A stretch of 64,000 nucleotides of DNA, from assembly GCA_965279035.1 (NCBI GenBank), contig OZ257142.1, forward strand, positions 3,744,001-3,808,000. Reading direction: 5' to 3'. A program made the translations under genes and the position numbers. This DNA is from Bacteroidia bacterium. Its GTDB lineage: Bacteria; Bacteroidota; Bacteroidia; M30B66. Positions 41,876 to 50,648 of the stretch are shown one piece after another (the first letter of the stretch is position 1; every line of letters starts with the position of its first letter). The notes below the pieces were generated by a model. It was not told where the DNA came from. It saw only the letters and a program-made list of their open reading frames with translations, and made no database searches.

Positions 41876-41937
41876 TTACATGTGTAATGCAGCGAATCAC
41901 CTTCGGAATTCTACCCCAAACACCGCCGATATCTTTG
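41876..41937 (+). promoter_or_regulatory. Palindromic operator TTACATGTGTAA (41876-41887) and -7 box TATCTTTG (41930-41937), cassette 2
   Basis: Palindromic arms TTACA/TGTAA; consensus Bacteroidota TAnnTTTG box 26 nt before the ATG. Confidence 0.7.
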
Positions 41938-41963
41938 ACGTAAGCAATTGAAAAACACACACT

Positions 41964-42455
41964 ATGAAACGTAATTACTTTTTTTCTTCTTTGATCGCAG
42001 GGCTTGTAATGCTCTTGGCAGGATTTCAAGTAGAAGCCCAAACAGTTTCACATACAGGTTCAGCCTTATTAAATAAGAATTCCTTAAAGCAGGATTCTGC
42101 CAATACGTTTATTTCATTTTCACCAGTATATCTCGATGGGAAAACCTACGTTCGCTGGCTAGTGAAGAACGATAAGAAAGACGGCGTTTTCGTTGTAGAA
42201 CGTTCTGAAAATGGAACTGATTTCGAAGCTCTTGGATTCCGCGACCGTGTAGGAACTCAATTATTAGTCAACCTCTTTTATTCATTCGTCGACGAAGAAC
42301 CTCTTCCGGGTGATAATCATTATCGTGTGATGCAAGTAGGTGCTGATAATACATATCGCTATAGTTCAGTAGTAAAAGTTCATACACCAATTGAACCGCG
42401 TCAGGTTGGATCATCAGCCAATGCCGACGCACCAGTTCCAGCACCAACTAAATAA
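41964..42455 (+). CDS. Small exported Ig/FN3-like protein, cassette 2
   Basis: Signal peptide ending VEA; aligns without gaps to the cassette 1 and 3 small proteins. Confidence 0.8.
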   Translation: MKRNYFFSSLIAGLVMLLAGFQVEAQTVSHTGSALLNKNSLKQDSANTFISFSPVYLDGKTYVRWLVKNDKKDGVFVVERSENGTDFEALGFRDRVGTQLLVNLFYSFVDEEPLPGDNHYRVMQVGADNTYRYSSVVKVHTPIEPRQVGSSANADAPVPAPTK

Positions 42456-42478
42456 TTCCACCATCAACCTCTTTTCAT

Positions 42479-44239
42479 ATGAAAAAGCGTTCTACTAAAT
42501 TAGTAACCAAGGTAAAAACTAAGGTAAGACTACAGCATCGTTTGCGTTTTGTAGCGGTGGCAGGTGCATTTGCACTAGGAGTTTTCTCTGTTGCATTACT
42601 TTACAATACCATTGGAACAAGTAATCAATCGATTGCCAACAATAAATTCAATGGAGTTGAAACACTAGCTGAATATAAATTCAGAAAGCAACTCAATTTG
42701 GATGCTTCACAACTTCCTGCGGGAGAAGCTCTAAAAGATTTTCCGGTGATGGTAAACATCAAGGACGATGATTTACGTTCGGCTTCAAACGGAGGAAAAG
42801 TAGTGAGCGAAAAAGGAGCTGATATTCGCTTTACCAAAGCCGATGGAGTTAGCTTACTCGACTACGAAATTGAGTCGTACAATGCCGTTACAGGTGAGTT
42901 GATTGCCTGGGTGAAATTGGATGCTATCAGCGATAAAAAAGCTGAACCAGTATTCCTTTATTTCAGCAATAAGTTTGCGGCCGACGAAAGTTCTCAAAAT
43001 GCTTGGAACAAAACCTACAAAGGTGTTTGGCATTTGAAAGGAGCTTTAAACTCAAAGATTCCTCATTCAAATCAATATTCTCAAGAAGTTAAAACAGACG
43101 GAAGTAAAGAAGTGTATGTTGCTGCAGAGAAAAACTCTAGTCAGTATGCTTGCTTGAATACTCCCGAAGATGTTGATATTACTGGCGACATAACACTTTC
43201 AGCTTGGGTATACATTACTGATAAGAAAGAACAAACGATTATTTCCAATCAAAGTGGATTTAATGGTGGATATCGTTTAGGAATTAACAAAGATCATCGT
43301 GTTGAATTCCAGGTTCGGAATCAAAATGCAGAGCCGGCTTCTATCGAAGGAAAAGAAGGTACCGAGTTAATGAAAGAACAATGGGTTCATGTTGCAGCTG
43401 TGTATTCGGACGAAGGAGATTCGATGGCAACTTACATTAACGGAAAGTTGGAGCGCTCCATCAAAACGGATATCAGCATGGCTGGTAGTACAGAAGCACT
43501 TCAAATAGGCAGAGAACCTTCTCGTAAAATTTTCTATTTCGGTGGAAAAATGGATGAAGTTCATATTAGCAATATTGCTCGCAGTACCGCTTGGTTGAAT
43601 GCTGAATATGCAAGTCAACTGAAGCCAAAAGAATTCTTGAAAGCAGGAGTTACTGAAGCGATCGTTCAACAAATTTCAATGAGTTTACTCACGTTCGACG
43701 GTGAAGCTCAAGGCAGCACCGTTGAATTAAAATGGCTCACCGCGATGGAAATTGAGAATGATCTTTTCACAATTGAGCGTTCATCCGACGGAGTAAATTT
43801 CGCATCCATTGGAACAAAACCAGGAGCTGGAAACAGCAATGAAGTGTTGAGTTATAGCTATCGCGATAACAAACCTTTGATAGGAACCAATTACTACCGA
43901 GTAAAACTAACAGGTGCCACAGGTGAAGAGTATTCGATGATTACTCCAGTAAATGTTGAATCGGCTGGAGAAGAAGATATCCGTATATCGGCAGCACAAC
44001 CCAATCCTTTTGTAAAAGACTTTAAAGTTGACTATGTAGTTCCCAAAAGCGGAATTGCTAAAGTAAAACTGATGAGTGTAACAGGCGAAGTGGTAATGGA
44101 AGAAGAAGTTACTTGTGAAAAAGCATCCCCACGTCAATTCATTTTTAAAGATGATCAAGGATTAAAGCCTGGCGTGTATTTCTTCAGCGTTGCTCAACAA
44201 GAAGAAACCAAAATGGTGAAACTCATCAAACGAATTTAA
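42479..44239 (+). CDS. DUF2341 + LamG + Ig-like + T9SS type A CTD protein, cassette 2
   Basis: Basic N-terminus plus TM; DFPVMV...DIRFT...YEIESY...AWVK; TLSAWVY...WVHVAAVY...YINGK...GKMDEVHI; PNPF...PGVYFF...VKLIK. Confidence 0.8.
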   Translation: MKKRSTKLVTKVKTKVRLQHRLRFVAVAGAFALGVFSVALLYNTIGTSNQSIANNKFNGVETLAEYKFRKQLNLDASQLPAGEALKDFPVMVNIKDDDLRSASNGGKVVSEKGADIRFTKADGVSLLDYEIESYNAVTGELIAWVKLDAISDKKAEPVFLYFSNKFAADESSQNAWNKTYKGVWHLKGALNSKIPHSNQYSQEVKTDGSKEVYVAAEKNSSQYACLNTPEDVDITGDITLSAWVYITDKKEQTIISNQSGFNGGYRLGINKDHRVEFQVRNQNAEPASIEGKEGTELMKEQWVHVAAVYSDEGDSMATYINGKLERSIKTDISMAGSTEALQIGREPSRKIFYFGGKMDEVHISNIARSTAWLNAEYASQLKPKEFLKAGVTEAIVQQISMSLLTFDGEAQGSTVELKWLTAMEIENDLFTIERSSDGVNFASIGTKPGAGNSNEVLSYSYRDNKPLIGTNYYRVKLTGATGEEYSMITPVNVESAGEEDIRISAAQPNPFVKDFKVDYVVPKSGIAKVKLMSVTGEVVMEEEVTCEKASPRQFIFKDDQGLKPGVYFFSVAQQEETKMVKLIKRI

Positions 44240-44263
44240 AATCAACCCTAACCTCAACTTTGG

Positions 44264-44298
44264 AAACCCCGACGATCAAATTCGCTCGGGGTTTTTTT
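44264..44298 (+). terminator. Intrinsic terminator after cassette 2
   Basis: AAACCCCGA / TCGGGGTTT stem with a T run. Confidence 0.75.
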
Positions 44299-44474
44299 AT
44301 GGTCGTATGCAGAATTTGAGATTTTTTTAGTGAAATCAAATCAATCATTCATTGGAGCGTAAAAACTTACGTTTTAGGAATTTGATTTTTTGAGAGGATG
44401 ATTTCTACAATCCTTCGCTGATAAGGGATTCCGAAATAAAAAAAGCGGTATTGTGCCGCATACAAACTATTTTC

Positions 44475-44536
44475 TTACACCTGTAGCGGACCTGCTTCAA
44501 ACGGACAAACACAGGGCAACGTCCGATATAGCTTTA
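44475..44536 (+). promoter_or_regulatory. Operator TTACACCTGTAG (44475-44486) and -7-like box TAGCTTTA (44529-44536), cassette 3
   Basis: Spacing identical to cassettes 1 and 2. Confidence 0.6.
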
Positions 44537-44579
44537 CGTATCAAATAGAACATTCTACGGCCCTAACCTGAGATACCAT

Positions 44580-45071
44580 ATGAAACCCGACCATTCGAAT
44601 ACACCCAAAACCATTGTGCGAGGATCCTTAGCAGCATTGCTTCTAGCATTCGGAGGATTATCGGCCGAAGCCCAAACGAAAATGGGCAAAGGTCTCACGG
44701 GTAGCGCACAATTAAAACCCGATGATCAAAATGCGATTTCCTCGTTTTCGCCCGTCTATAATAACGGAAAAACGTTTATCCGATGGCTAGTTACAAACGA
44801 TGAAAAAGACGGGATTTTTATCGTTGAACGCTCTGCCGATGGTACTGAATTCGAAGCATTAGGCTTTAAAGATCGTGTAGGCTCGCCCCTGTGTGTGAAC
44901 TTGTTTTACTCCTTCATCGATGAAGCACCTATTGCCGGACAAAGCTACTACCGCATCATGTCGGTAGGTACAGATCAAACCTATACATACAGCGACGTTG
45001 TTCGAGTACGAACCGATGTTCAATCCAATACACCACCGACCAATAGTGCTTCAAACGAAAATGGACAATAA
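44580..45071 (+). CDS. Small exported Ig/FN3-like protein, cassette 3
   Basis: Signal peptide ending AEA; same conserved domain as 39442 and 41964. Confidence 0.8.
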   Translation: MKPDHSNTPKTIVRGSLAALLLAFGGLSAEAQTKMGKGLTGSAQLKPDDQNAISSFSPVYNNGKTFIRWLVTNDEKDGIFIVERSADGTEFEALGFKDRVGSPLCVNLFYSFIDEAPIAGQSYYRIMSVGTDQTYTYSDVVRVRTDVQSNTPPTNSASNENGQ

Positions 45072-45162
45072 TTAAGCTTGAAACTTCCTTCCTCAGGCGT
45101 CGTATCAACTAAATCCGACGCCTGATGATTGCTTTTTAGATGGCTAGAATCTTTTGCTATTA

Positions 45163-46545
45163 ATGAAACGAAAACTACAACTCCGTACAAAAACCAAAGT
45201 CAAGCTGAGAACTTCGGTCAAGCTGGCATATGCAGGTGCGGCTTTGTCGTTGATGCTCATTGGTGGATGGTTAATCTATTCCAATTTCGGAACTTCAACC
45301 GATAGTATCGCCAGTAACGAATCAACATTACCTGATTTCAGTTGGAGACGTAAAATCAGTTTTGGGAAGGAATTAATCAAAGGCAACGAAACGCTGTTGA
45401 ATTTTCCAATGTTGGTACAACTCAGCGATCCAGATTTCAAATCGGTTGCAAATGGCGGAAAAGTTATTCATCCCAAAGGCTATGATTTTCGTTTCACCAA
45501 AGCCGATGGAATATCCATTTTCCCAACTCAAATAGATCATTACAATCCCAAAACAGGTGAAATTTCTGCTTGGGTTTTACTCGATACTTTATCAGAAAAA
45601 AGCTCAAACGAGTTATTCGTTTATTACAGTAATGCAACTATTCGAACTGAATTGCCCACCGTTTTATGGAACGATTCATTTCGCGGAATGTGGCACATGA
45701 ACGATTTGCATGCTTCCAACAACCGTAAACTACGCGCTACCATTCAAGGAACAGCCGAAGCAACAGGTAAAATTGGTTCTGCTCGATTGTTTGATGCAGC
45801 TCGTCAAGACGCTGCTTTCTTTCCATACGTGGAGGAAATTGATTTAAAAGCTGATTTCAGTTTATCGGCTTGGGTGTATTTGAATGAAAGTGGTCGTGAA
45901 CAAGTGATTCTTTCAAATCAGGGCGATCGTCCGGGTGGATATCGTTTGTTTATTGATAAGGAGAATAAAGTGTGTGTCGACTATTTGAATGCTGCTGGCA
46001 AACGAATTTCTACAGCCAATGTGAGTGGTGGTGAAACGCTTGAGAAAGCACGTTGGTATTATCTTGCAGCTACTTATTCTGTTAAAGAGAATATGGTTCA
46101 CACGTATGTGGATGGCTTATTAGATCGCAGTATTATATCGCTAGATGCTCCAGGAAACACGGCTTCGGTTTTACAAATTGGACGAGATCTTTTTCAAGAG
46201 AAATCCTATTTCAACGGAATCATTGATGAAATTCGCATTTCTTCACAGGCACATTCTCAAGCATGGATTGCTACTGAATTGTACAATCAGAATGTTGGAA
46301 AACTCTTGTTCACCTTAGGAAATGCCGAAGAACTTTCGCTCGATTTAGCTTCTGTAAAACGGAATAAAGAAGGTTTGAATAATCAAAACGCAGCAAGTCA
46401 AACTCAACAAGAAAAAGCCAATACCTTGCGTGCACAAAAATCTCCATCTACTGGAGAAGCGCCGTCAACCTTGACAAGTAGCACAGAAGCTATTCAAGCA
46501 AGAATGAATTCGATTCGCCGCGTGGCGAAAGAAAATAGCAAGTAA
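45163..46545 (+). CDS. DUF2341 + LamG protein without T9SS CTD, cassette 3
   Basis: Basic N-terminus plus TM; NFPMLV...DFRFT...SAWV...VYYSN; SLSAWVY...WYYLAATY...FNGIIDEIRIS. Ends in a Q/S/T-rich tail instead of Ig + CTD. Confidence 0.78.
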   Translation: MKRKLQLRTKTKVKLRTSVKLAYAGAALSLMLIGGWLIYSNFGTSTDSIASNESTLPDFSWRRKISFGKELIKGNETLLNFPMLVQLSDPDFKSVANGGKVIHPKGYDFRFTKADGISIFPTQIDHYNPKTGEISAWVLLDTLSEKSSNELFVYYSNATIRTELPTVLWNDSFRGMWHMNDLHASNNRKLRATIQGTAEATGKIGSARLFDAARQDAAFFPYVEEIDLKADFSLSAWVYLNESGREQVILSNQGDRPGGYRLFIDKENKVCVDYLNAAGKRISTANVSGGETLEKARWYYLAATYSVKENMVHTYVDGLLDRSIISLDAPGNTASVLQIGRDLFQEKSYFNGIIDEIRISSQAHSQAWIATELYNQNVGKLLFTLGNAEELSLDLASVKRNKEGLNNQNAASQTQQEKANTLRAQKSPSTGEAPSTLTSSTEAIQARMNSIRRVAKENSK

Positions 46546-46596
46546 AATTTCTACTAAGAAATGAGAAGGGATGTATTGAAAAATGCTTCCCTTTTT

Positions 46597-47604
46597 TTAT
46601 TTGAATGAAACCGTTTTCCCAAGCCATTCGAGTGCGGTACCGTTAAGCAAACGATTTTTTTGAGATTCACTTAAATTCATGTTTTTTATCAGCGTGCCCG
46701 GAATGACTTCGCCAAGCGGAAAAGGATAATCTGAGCCCAAAGCGATGCGCTCAACTCCAGCAAAATCAATCAAAAAACGCAAGGCTGATTCATCGTGAAC
46801 AAGACTGTCGAAATACAAACGATTCAAGTATTTTTCGGGGCTGATGGCATTGTCGATAGCCACTAAATCGGGGCGACACTCGAAACCATGTTTGATACGA
46901 CCCAGTGTTAACGGAAACGAACCACCACCATGTGCAAACGCCACACGTAGCTTAGGTAATCGCTCAAAAATTCCACCGAATATCATAGAACATATTGCAC
47001 GCGAAGTTTCGGCAGGCATCCCAACTAACCAAGGCAGCCAATAGCGCTGAATGTCTTTTTGTCCAAACATTTCCCATGGATGCACAAATACAGCTGCTCC
47101 TAATTCTTCAGCAGCCTGGAATATTTCGAAGAATTCGGGTTCATTCAAATTCAGCTGATTGACATTGCTCCCAATCTGAATTCCAGCCATTCCTAATTCC
47201 TTCATGCAACGTTCCAACTCACGAATAGCCAGTTTGGGCGATTGCATCGGGATTGTTCCTAAACCAATAAATCGATCGGGATAATCGCCCACAATGCCTG
47301 CAATATGATCATTGAGAAATTCCGAAACAGCCAAGGCATCTTCGCCCTTTGCCCAATATGAAAACATCACCGGAACAGTACTTAATACCTGCATATTCAC
47401 CCCATGATGATCACATTCGTGGATTCGTGCTTTCGGATCCCAGCAATTGTTCTGCACCTCCCGAAAAAACTGATCATCCTTCATCATCCGTGCACAGCAA
47501 GGCTTGTGATGATCGAGATGAATAAAACCACCATACCCAAATCGCTCCTTGAAATTAGGAATGTGTTCGGGAAGAATATGGGTGTGGATGTCGATGGTGA
47601 ACAT
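46597..47604 (-). CDS. 2-amino-3-carboxymuconate-6-semialdehyde decarboxylase (ACMSD, amidohydrolase family)
   Basis: [54 protein letters not shown]; neighbour of the 3-hydroxyanthranilate dioxygenase gene. Confidence 0.9.
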   Translation of the reverse strand: MFTIDIHTHILPEHIPNFKERFGYGGFIHLDHHKPCCARMMKDDQFFREVQNNCWDPKARIHECDHHGVNMQVLSTVPVMFSYWAKGEDALAVSEFLNDHIAGIVGDYPDRFIGLGTIPMQSPKLAIRELERCMKELGMAGIQIGSNVNQLNLNEPEFFEIFQAAEELGAAVFVHPWEMFGQKDIQRYWLPWLVGMPAETSRAICSMIFGGIFERLPKLRVAFAHGGGSFPLTLGRIKHGFECRPDLVAIDNAISPEKYLNRLYFDSLVHDESALRFLIDFAGVERIALGSDYPFPLGEVIPGTLIKNMNLSESQKNRLLNGTALEWLGKTVSFK

Positions 47605-47642
47605 GCTGATGTGTTGATGTGTATTCTAGGACTTATGCAAGT

Positions 47643-48623
47643 CTATGCAGCGTATTTTTTTAGATCAACATAGGGTGTTTTTCTTTTTACGACAGCAAAT
47701 ACTCTTGATACAAGTTTGTTTTTGACTGCATTGAGTGCACAATTATAATGTTTTCCTTCCTGGATTTTACGCTCCATATATTCTCTCATTTCGGTGTTAT
47801 TTAATACTGCCGAACGCGCCGCCATTGTTAATACTCCATTGATTTTTCGATTTGATCTTCTATCGGTTTGTGTTTTCCCTTTTATGGATGTTCCTGATGA
47901 TTTTTCGAATGGAGCTATTCCACTATAACATGCATATTGACGAGCATTGTCGAAGTATTCAAAGCCATTTGTTGTGGCGATTAAATACCAACTCGACACT
48001 GGTCCAACTCCTTTTATAGATTGAACTAATTCGTCGATTTGACGAAGATTATCATCTGACTTTATCAATGATTTGATTTCCTCTTCTACCAGTTTAAGTT
48101 TATCGTTAAAGGTCTTTAACAGATCCGTTTCGATTTGAAAAACTATATCTACACCAGTGGTTTTTGATGAGTTCTTAAGTCTGTTTTTGATGCCTATCTT
48201 CTCTTTTTCCAGATGCGAACGCATACTCAAGAGCTTTCTCAGCTGCGCTACAGCACTCTTTGATAGTACCGTTGGGCTAAGCTGTTCTGCATGTAATGCA
48301 ATGAAATTTGCGATTCTTTGGGAGTCTATCTTATCATTTTTGCCTCGCTGAAGTCCAATAGAATACTTAATGTTTAAGGAGGATTCCATGTAAAAACAGA
48401 TCTTCTTTTCACTCAAAAACACAGATAAATCCTCGCTATAAATACCCGTATGCTCAAAGCAAATGGCCATCGATTTTACACTCACTTTCAACTGCTTTAA
48501 CCAAGCAAGCATCAGTGTATAACCATCGATATCATTGCTAAAGACGTTGTGCTGAGATTGATTATGTAAATAAACATCCAGCGTTAATTTTGACACATCA
48601 ATGCCAATAAAGTTCTTCTTCAT
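47643..48623 (-). CDS. IS110-family transposase/recombinase
   Basis: DEDD RuvC-like residues in GIDVSK, CFEHTG and KNDKID; C-terminal SIKGVG and GIAPFEKSSG motifs. Confidence 0.95.
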   Translation of the reverse strand: MKKNFIGIDVSKLTLDVYLHNQSQHNVFSNDIDGYTLMLAWLKQLKVSVKSMAICFEHTGIYSEDLSVFLSEKKICFYMESSLNIKYSIGLQRGKNDKIDSQRIANFIALHAEQLSPTVLSKSAVAQLRKLLSMRSHLEKEKIGIKNRLKNSSKTTGVDIVFQIETDLLKTFNDKLKLVEEEIKSLIKSDDNLRQIDELVQSIKGVGPVSSWYLIATTNGFEYFDNARQYACYSGIAPFEKSSGTSIKGKTQTDRRSNRKINGVLTMAARSAVLNNTEMREYMERKIQEGKHYNCALNAVKNKLVSRVFAVVKRKTPYVDLKKYAA

Positions 48624-48639
48624 ACTTTTGTTTTTAAGT

Positions 48640-48790
48640 GTTGCTCTTGGCTAAAACCTTTAATAGATCTCGAAGTCTAAAATTCTAGCTGGCCATTAAC
48701 AACATGGTTAAAGGAAACGGGGACTCATACACACCTTAGGGATTTAAAGACCTAGCTGATGAGATAGTTCACCCCGTTTCTTTGTTTATT
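48640..48790 (-). ncRNA. Putative IS110 bridge RNA (target-binding loop 48714-48780; donor-binding loop 48648-48695)
   Basis: Two stem-internal loop-stem modules whose loop strands match the insertion target and the element's circle junction. The transcript ends are estimates. Confidence 0.75.
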
Positions 48791-48834
48791 TTCAGTCAAG
48801 ATATCTCAACTAAAATAATAGTGCAAGTCTAAAG

Positions 48835-49142
48835 GCTGGTGTGTTGGTGTGCTGATGTGTTGATGTGCTGGTGTGCTGATGAATGATGTGCTGGTGTGTT
48901 GGTGTGCTGGTGTGCTGGTGTGTGCTGGTGTGTGCTGGTGTGCTGGTGTGCTGGTGTGCTGGTGTGCTGGTGATCCCGATAGCTATCGGGAGGTGTGCTG
49001 GTGATCCCGATAGCTATCGGGAGGTGTGCTGGTGTGATGATGAATGATGTGATGGTAAATGGTGTGTTAGTGAGCTGATGGAGATTTGATGAAAGTTGAG
49101 GTTAGTTAATCAGCACATCAACTAATAAGCACATCAGCACAT
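48835..49142. repeat. Degenerate 8-bp microsatellite (GTGCTGRT) with embedded 18-bp palindromes and inverted copies at the far end
   Basis: GTGCTGGT/GTGCTGAT/GTGTTGAT units; TCCCGATAGCTATCGGGA at 48974 and 49005; inverted ATCAGCAC copies at about 49109-49142. The array continues at 47603-47621 on the other side of the IS. Confidence 0.9.
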
Positions 49143-49145
49143 TAC

Positions 49146-49661
49146 TTAAGGTTTCTCCATTACCGTTCCACACTTCTTGCACGTTCTCAATTCTTCGGAG
49201 CCATAAAATTTATTCATTACGGGAGGAAGTTGGGTGACGATATCGGAGACGTGGAGGAATTCTTCGTAGAGCTTGTTGCCACAGGATTCACAGAACCACA
49301 TGAAGGCATCGTCTTCTTGCTTAGCACGAACTAATTCTACCACTAAACCAACCGTATTTTCAGGGCGTTGAGGAGAATGAGGTGTGCGACCGGGAAGCAT
49401 AAAGATGTCGCCTTCGTTGATATGAATATCGACAGGTTTGCCATCTTCGATGATTTTTAGTATCATGTTCCCTTCTAGCTGAAAGTAAAATTCTTCGCTT
49501 TCGTTGTAGTGGTAGTCTTTTCGTTTGTTGGGACCACCTACAACCATCACGATAATATCGTCGGCAGTTTTGAATACAACCTGATTTCCAACAGGTGGTT
49601 TGAGTAAGTGGCGGTTTTCGTCGATCCACTTTTTAAAGGAAAAAGGACGCTGGATTGGCAT
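49146..49661 (-). CDS. nbaC: 3-hydroxyanthranilate 3,4-dioxygenase
   Basis: LKPPVGN, VGGPNKRKDYH, EEFYFQLEG, PHSPQRP, and rubredoxin-like CxxC...CxxC. Confidence 0.93.
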   Translation of the reverse strand: MPIQRPFSFKKWIDENRHLLKPPVGNQVVFKTADDIIVMVVGGPNKRKDYHYNESEEFYFQLEGNMILKIIEDGKPVDIHINEGDIFMLPGRTPHSPQRPENTVGLVVELVRAKQEDDAFMWFCESCGNKLYEEFLHVSDIVTQLPPVMNKFYGSEELRTCKKCGTVMEKP

Positions 49662-49705
49662 ATGCTGTATTTTTGAGGCAAGGTAATAAAACCTGAATTT
49701 GTCTT

Positions 49706-50494
49706 ATGGAACTAAATCTCGCAGGAAAAACAGCGCTGGTATGCGGCAGTACACAAGGAATTGGACGTGCTTGTGCCCGTGAATTGGCCGAAGCAGGTGC
49801 TCATATTGTGCTTCTAGCCCGTGACGAAACACGTTTAAAAGAGGAAAAAATCGAGCTCGATCGCATCAATCACCTCAACAACGACTACCTCGTTGCCGAT
49901 TTTAATGATTGGAGACAAGTAGAATCGGTGGTCAAAGCATTTATCGCCAAACGCAATCCCATTCATATTCTCGTGAACAACAATGGAGGTCCGGCTGCTG
50001 GTCCAATTACCGAAGCACGCCCCGAAGCATTTGAAGCGGCATTTACCCAACATCTTTTATGCAATCAGGTATTGGCTCAAGCGGTGTTGGAGGAAATGAT
50101 AAAAGCTGATTATGGTCGAATCATCAATATCATATCGACTTCGGTAAAAGCACCATTGCATGGTTTAGGAGTTTCGAATACTATCCGTGCTGCTGTGGGA
50201 AATTGGTCGAAAACCTTAGCGAATGAAGTAGGGAAATATGGCATTACAGTGAATAATGTATTGCCAGGAGCAACAATGACGGGGCGTTTGTCGCAGATTA
50301 TTACAAATAAAGCAGCAAGAACTCACCAAGAAATTGCGGTGGTAGAAGAAGAAATGTTGGCAGAAATTCCCTTGAAGCGTTTTGCCAAACCAGAAGAAAT
50401 TGCTCATGCCGTAATGTTTTTAGCTTCGTCTGCTGCTGCGTATATCAATGGTATTAATTTACCCGTTGATGGTGGAAGGACGGGGAGTTTGTGA
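49706..50494 (+). CDS. SDR-family oxidoreductase
   Basis: CGSTQGIG, ILVNNNGGP, SNTIR, VNNVLPG, LPVDGG. Confidence 0.9.
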   Translation: MELNLAGKTALVCGSTQGIGRACARELAEAGAHIVLLARDETRLKEEKIELDRINHLNNDYLVADFNDWRQVESVVKAFIAKRNPIHILVNNNGGPAAGPITEARPEAFEAAFTQHLLCNQVLAQAVLEEMIKADYGRIINIISTSVKAPLHGLGVSNTIRAAVGNWSKTLANEVGKYGITVNNVLPGATMTGRLSQIITNKAARTHQEIAVVEEEMLAEIPLKRFAKPEEIAHAVMFLASSAAAYINGINLPVDGGRTGSL

Positions 50495-50545
50495 TGTGCT
50501 GATGATCCCGATAGCTATCGGGAGATGTGCTGGTGTGCTGATGTA
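50492..50545. repeat. Short copy of the GTGCTGRT microsatellite with the 18-bp palindrome
   Basis: GTGCTGAT...TCCCGATAGCTATCGGGA (50506-50523)...GTGCTGGTGTGCTGATG. Confidence 0.8.
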
Positions 50546-50648
50546 ATATATGTTTTGGTGATTTGGAAATTTGATAGCTATCGGATTGAAAATGAAACTG
50601 ACACGTAGGTTGAGTTAGAGATGATTTGAGAATTAAATAAAATATCGG

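Larger units (their letters stand above)
47622..48834 (-). mobile_element. IS110-family insertion sequence, complete
   Basis: Removing 47622-48834 plus one shared G restores the 8-bp repeat phase GTGTTGAT-GTGCTGGT-GTGTTGGT. No target-site duplication. About 210 bp of non-coding end lies upstream of the transposase. Confidence 0.88.

Noticed and set aside
44358-44371. Second palindrome CGTAA-AAAC-TTACG upstream of cassette 3, with an AAAAACTTAC echo near 41772
   Set aside because: Spacing to the main operator differs between cassettes and cassette 1 has no clear copy; too weak in AT-rich DNA.
39442-46545. Diversity-generating retroelement or invertible shufflon acting on the three cassettes
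   Set aside because: No reverse transcriptase or recombinase nearby, no near-identical TR/VR pair or flanking inverted repeats seen; the paralogs look anciently diverged.
47636-48831. Direct repeat TGCAAGTCTA at 47636-47645 and 48822-48831 as a target-site duplication
   Set aside because: Both copies lie inside the boundaries that restore the octamer phase, and one contains the transposase stop codon. They are better read as subterminal motifs; IS110 elements typically make no TSD.
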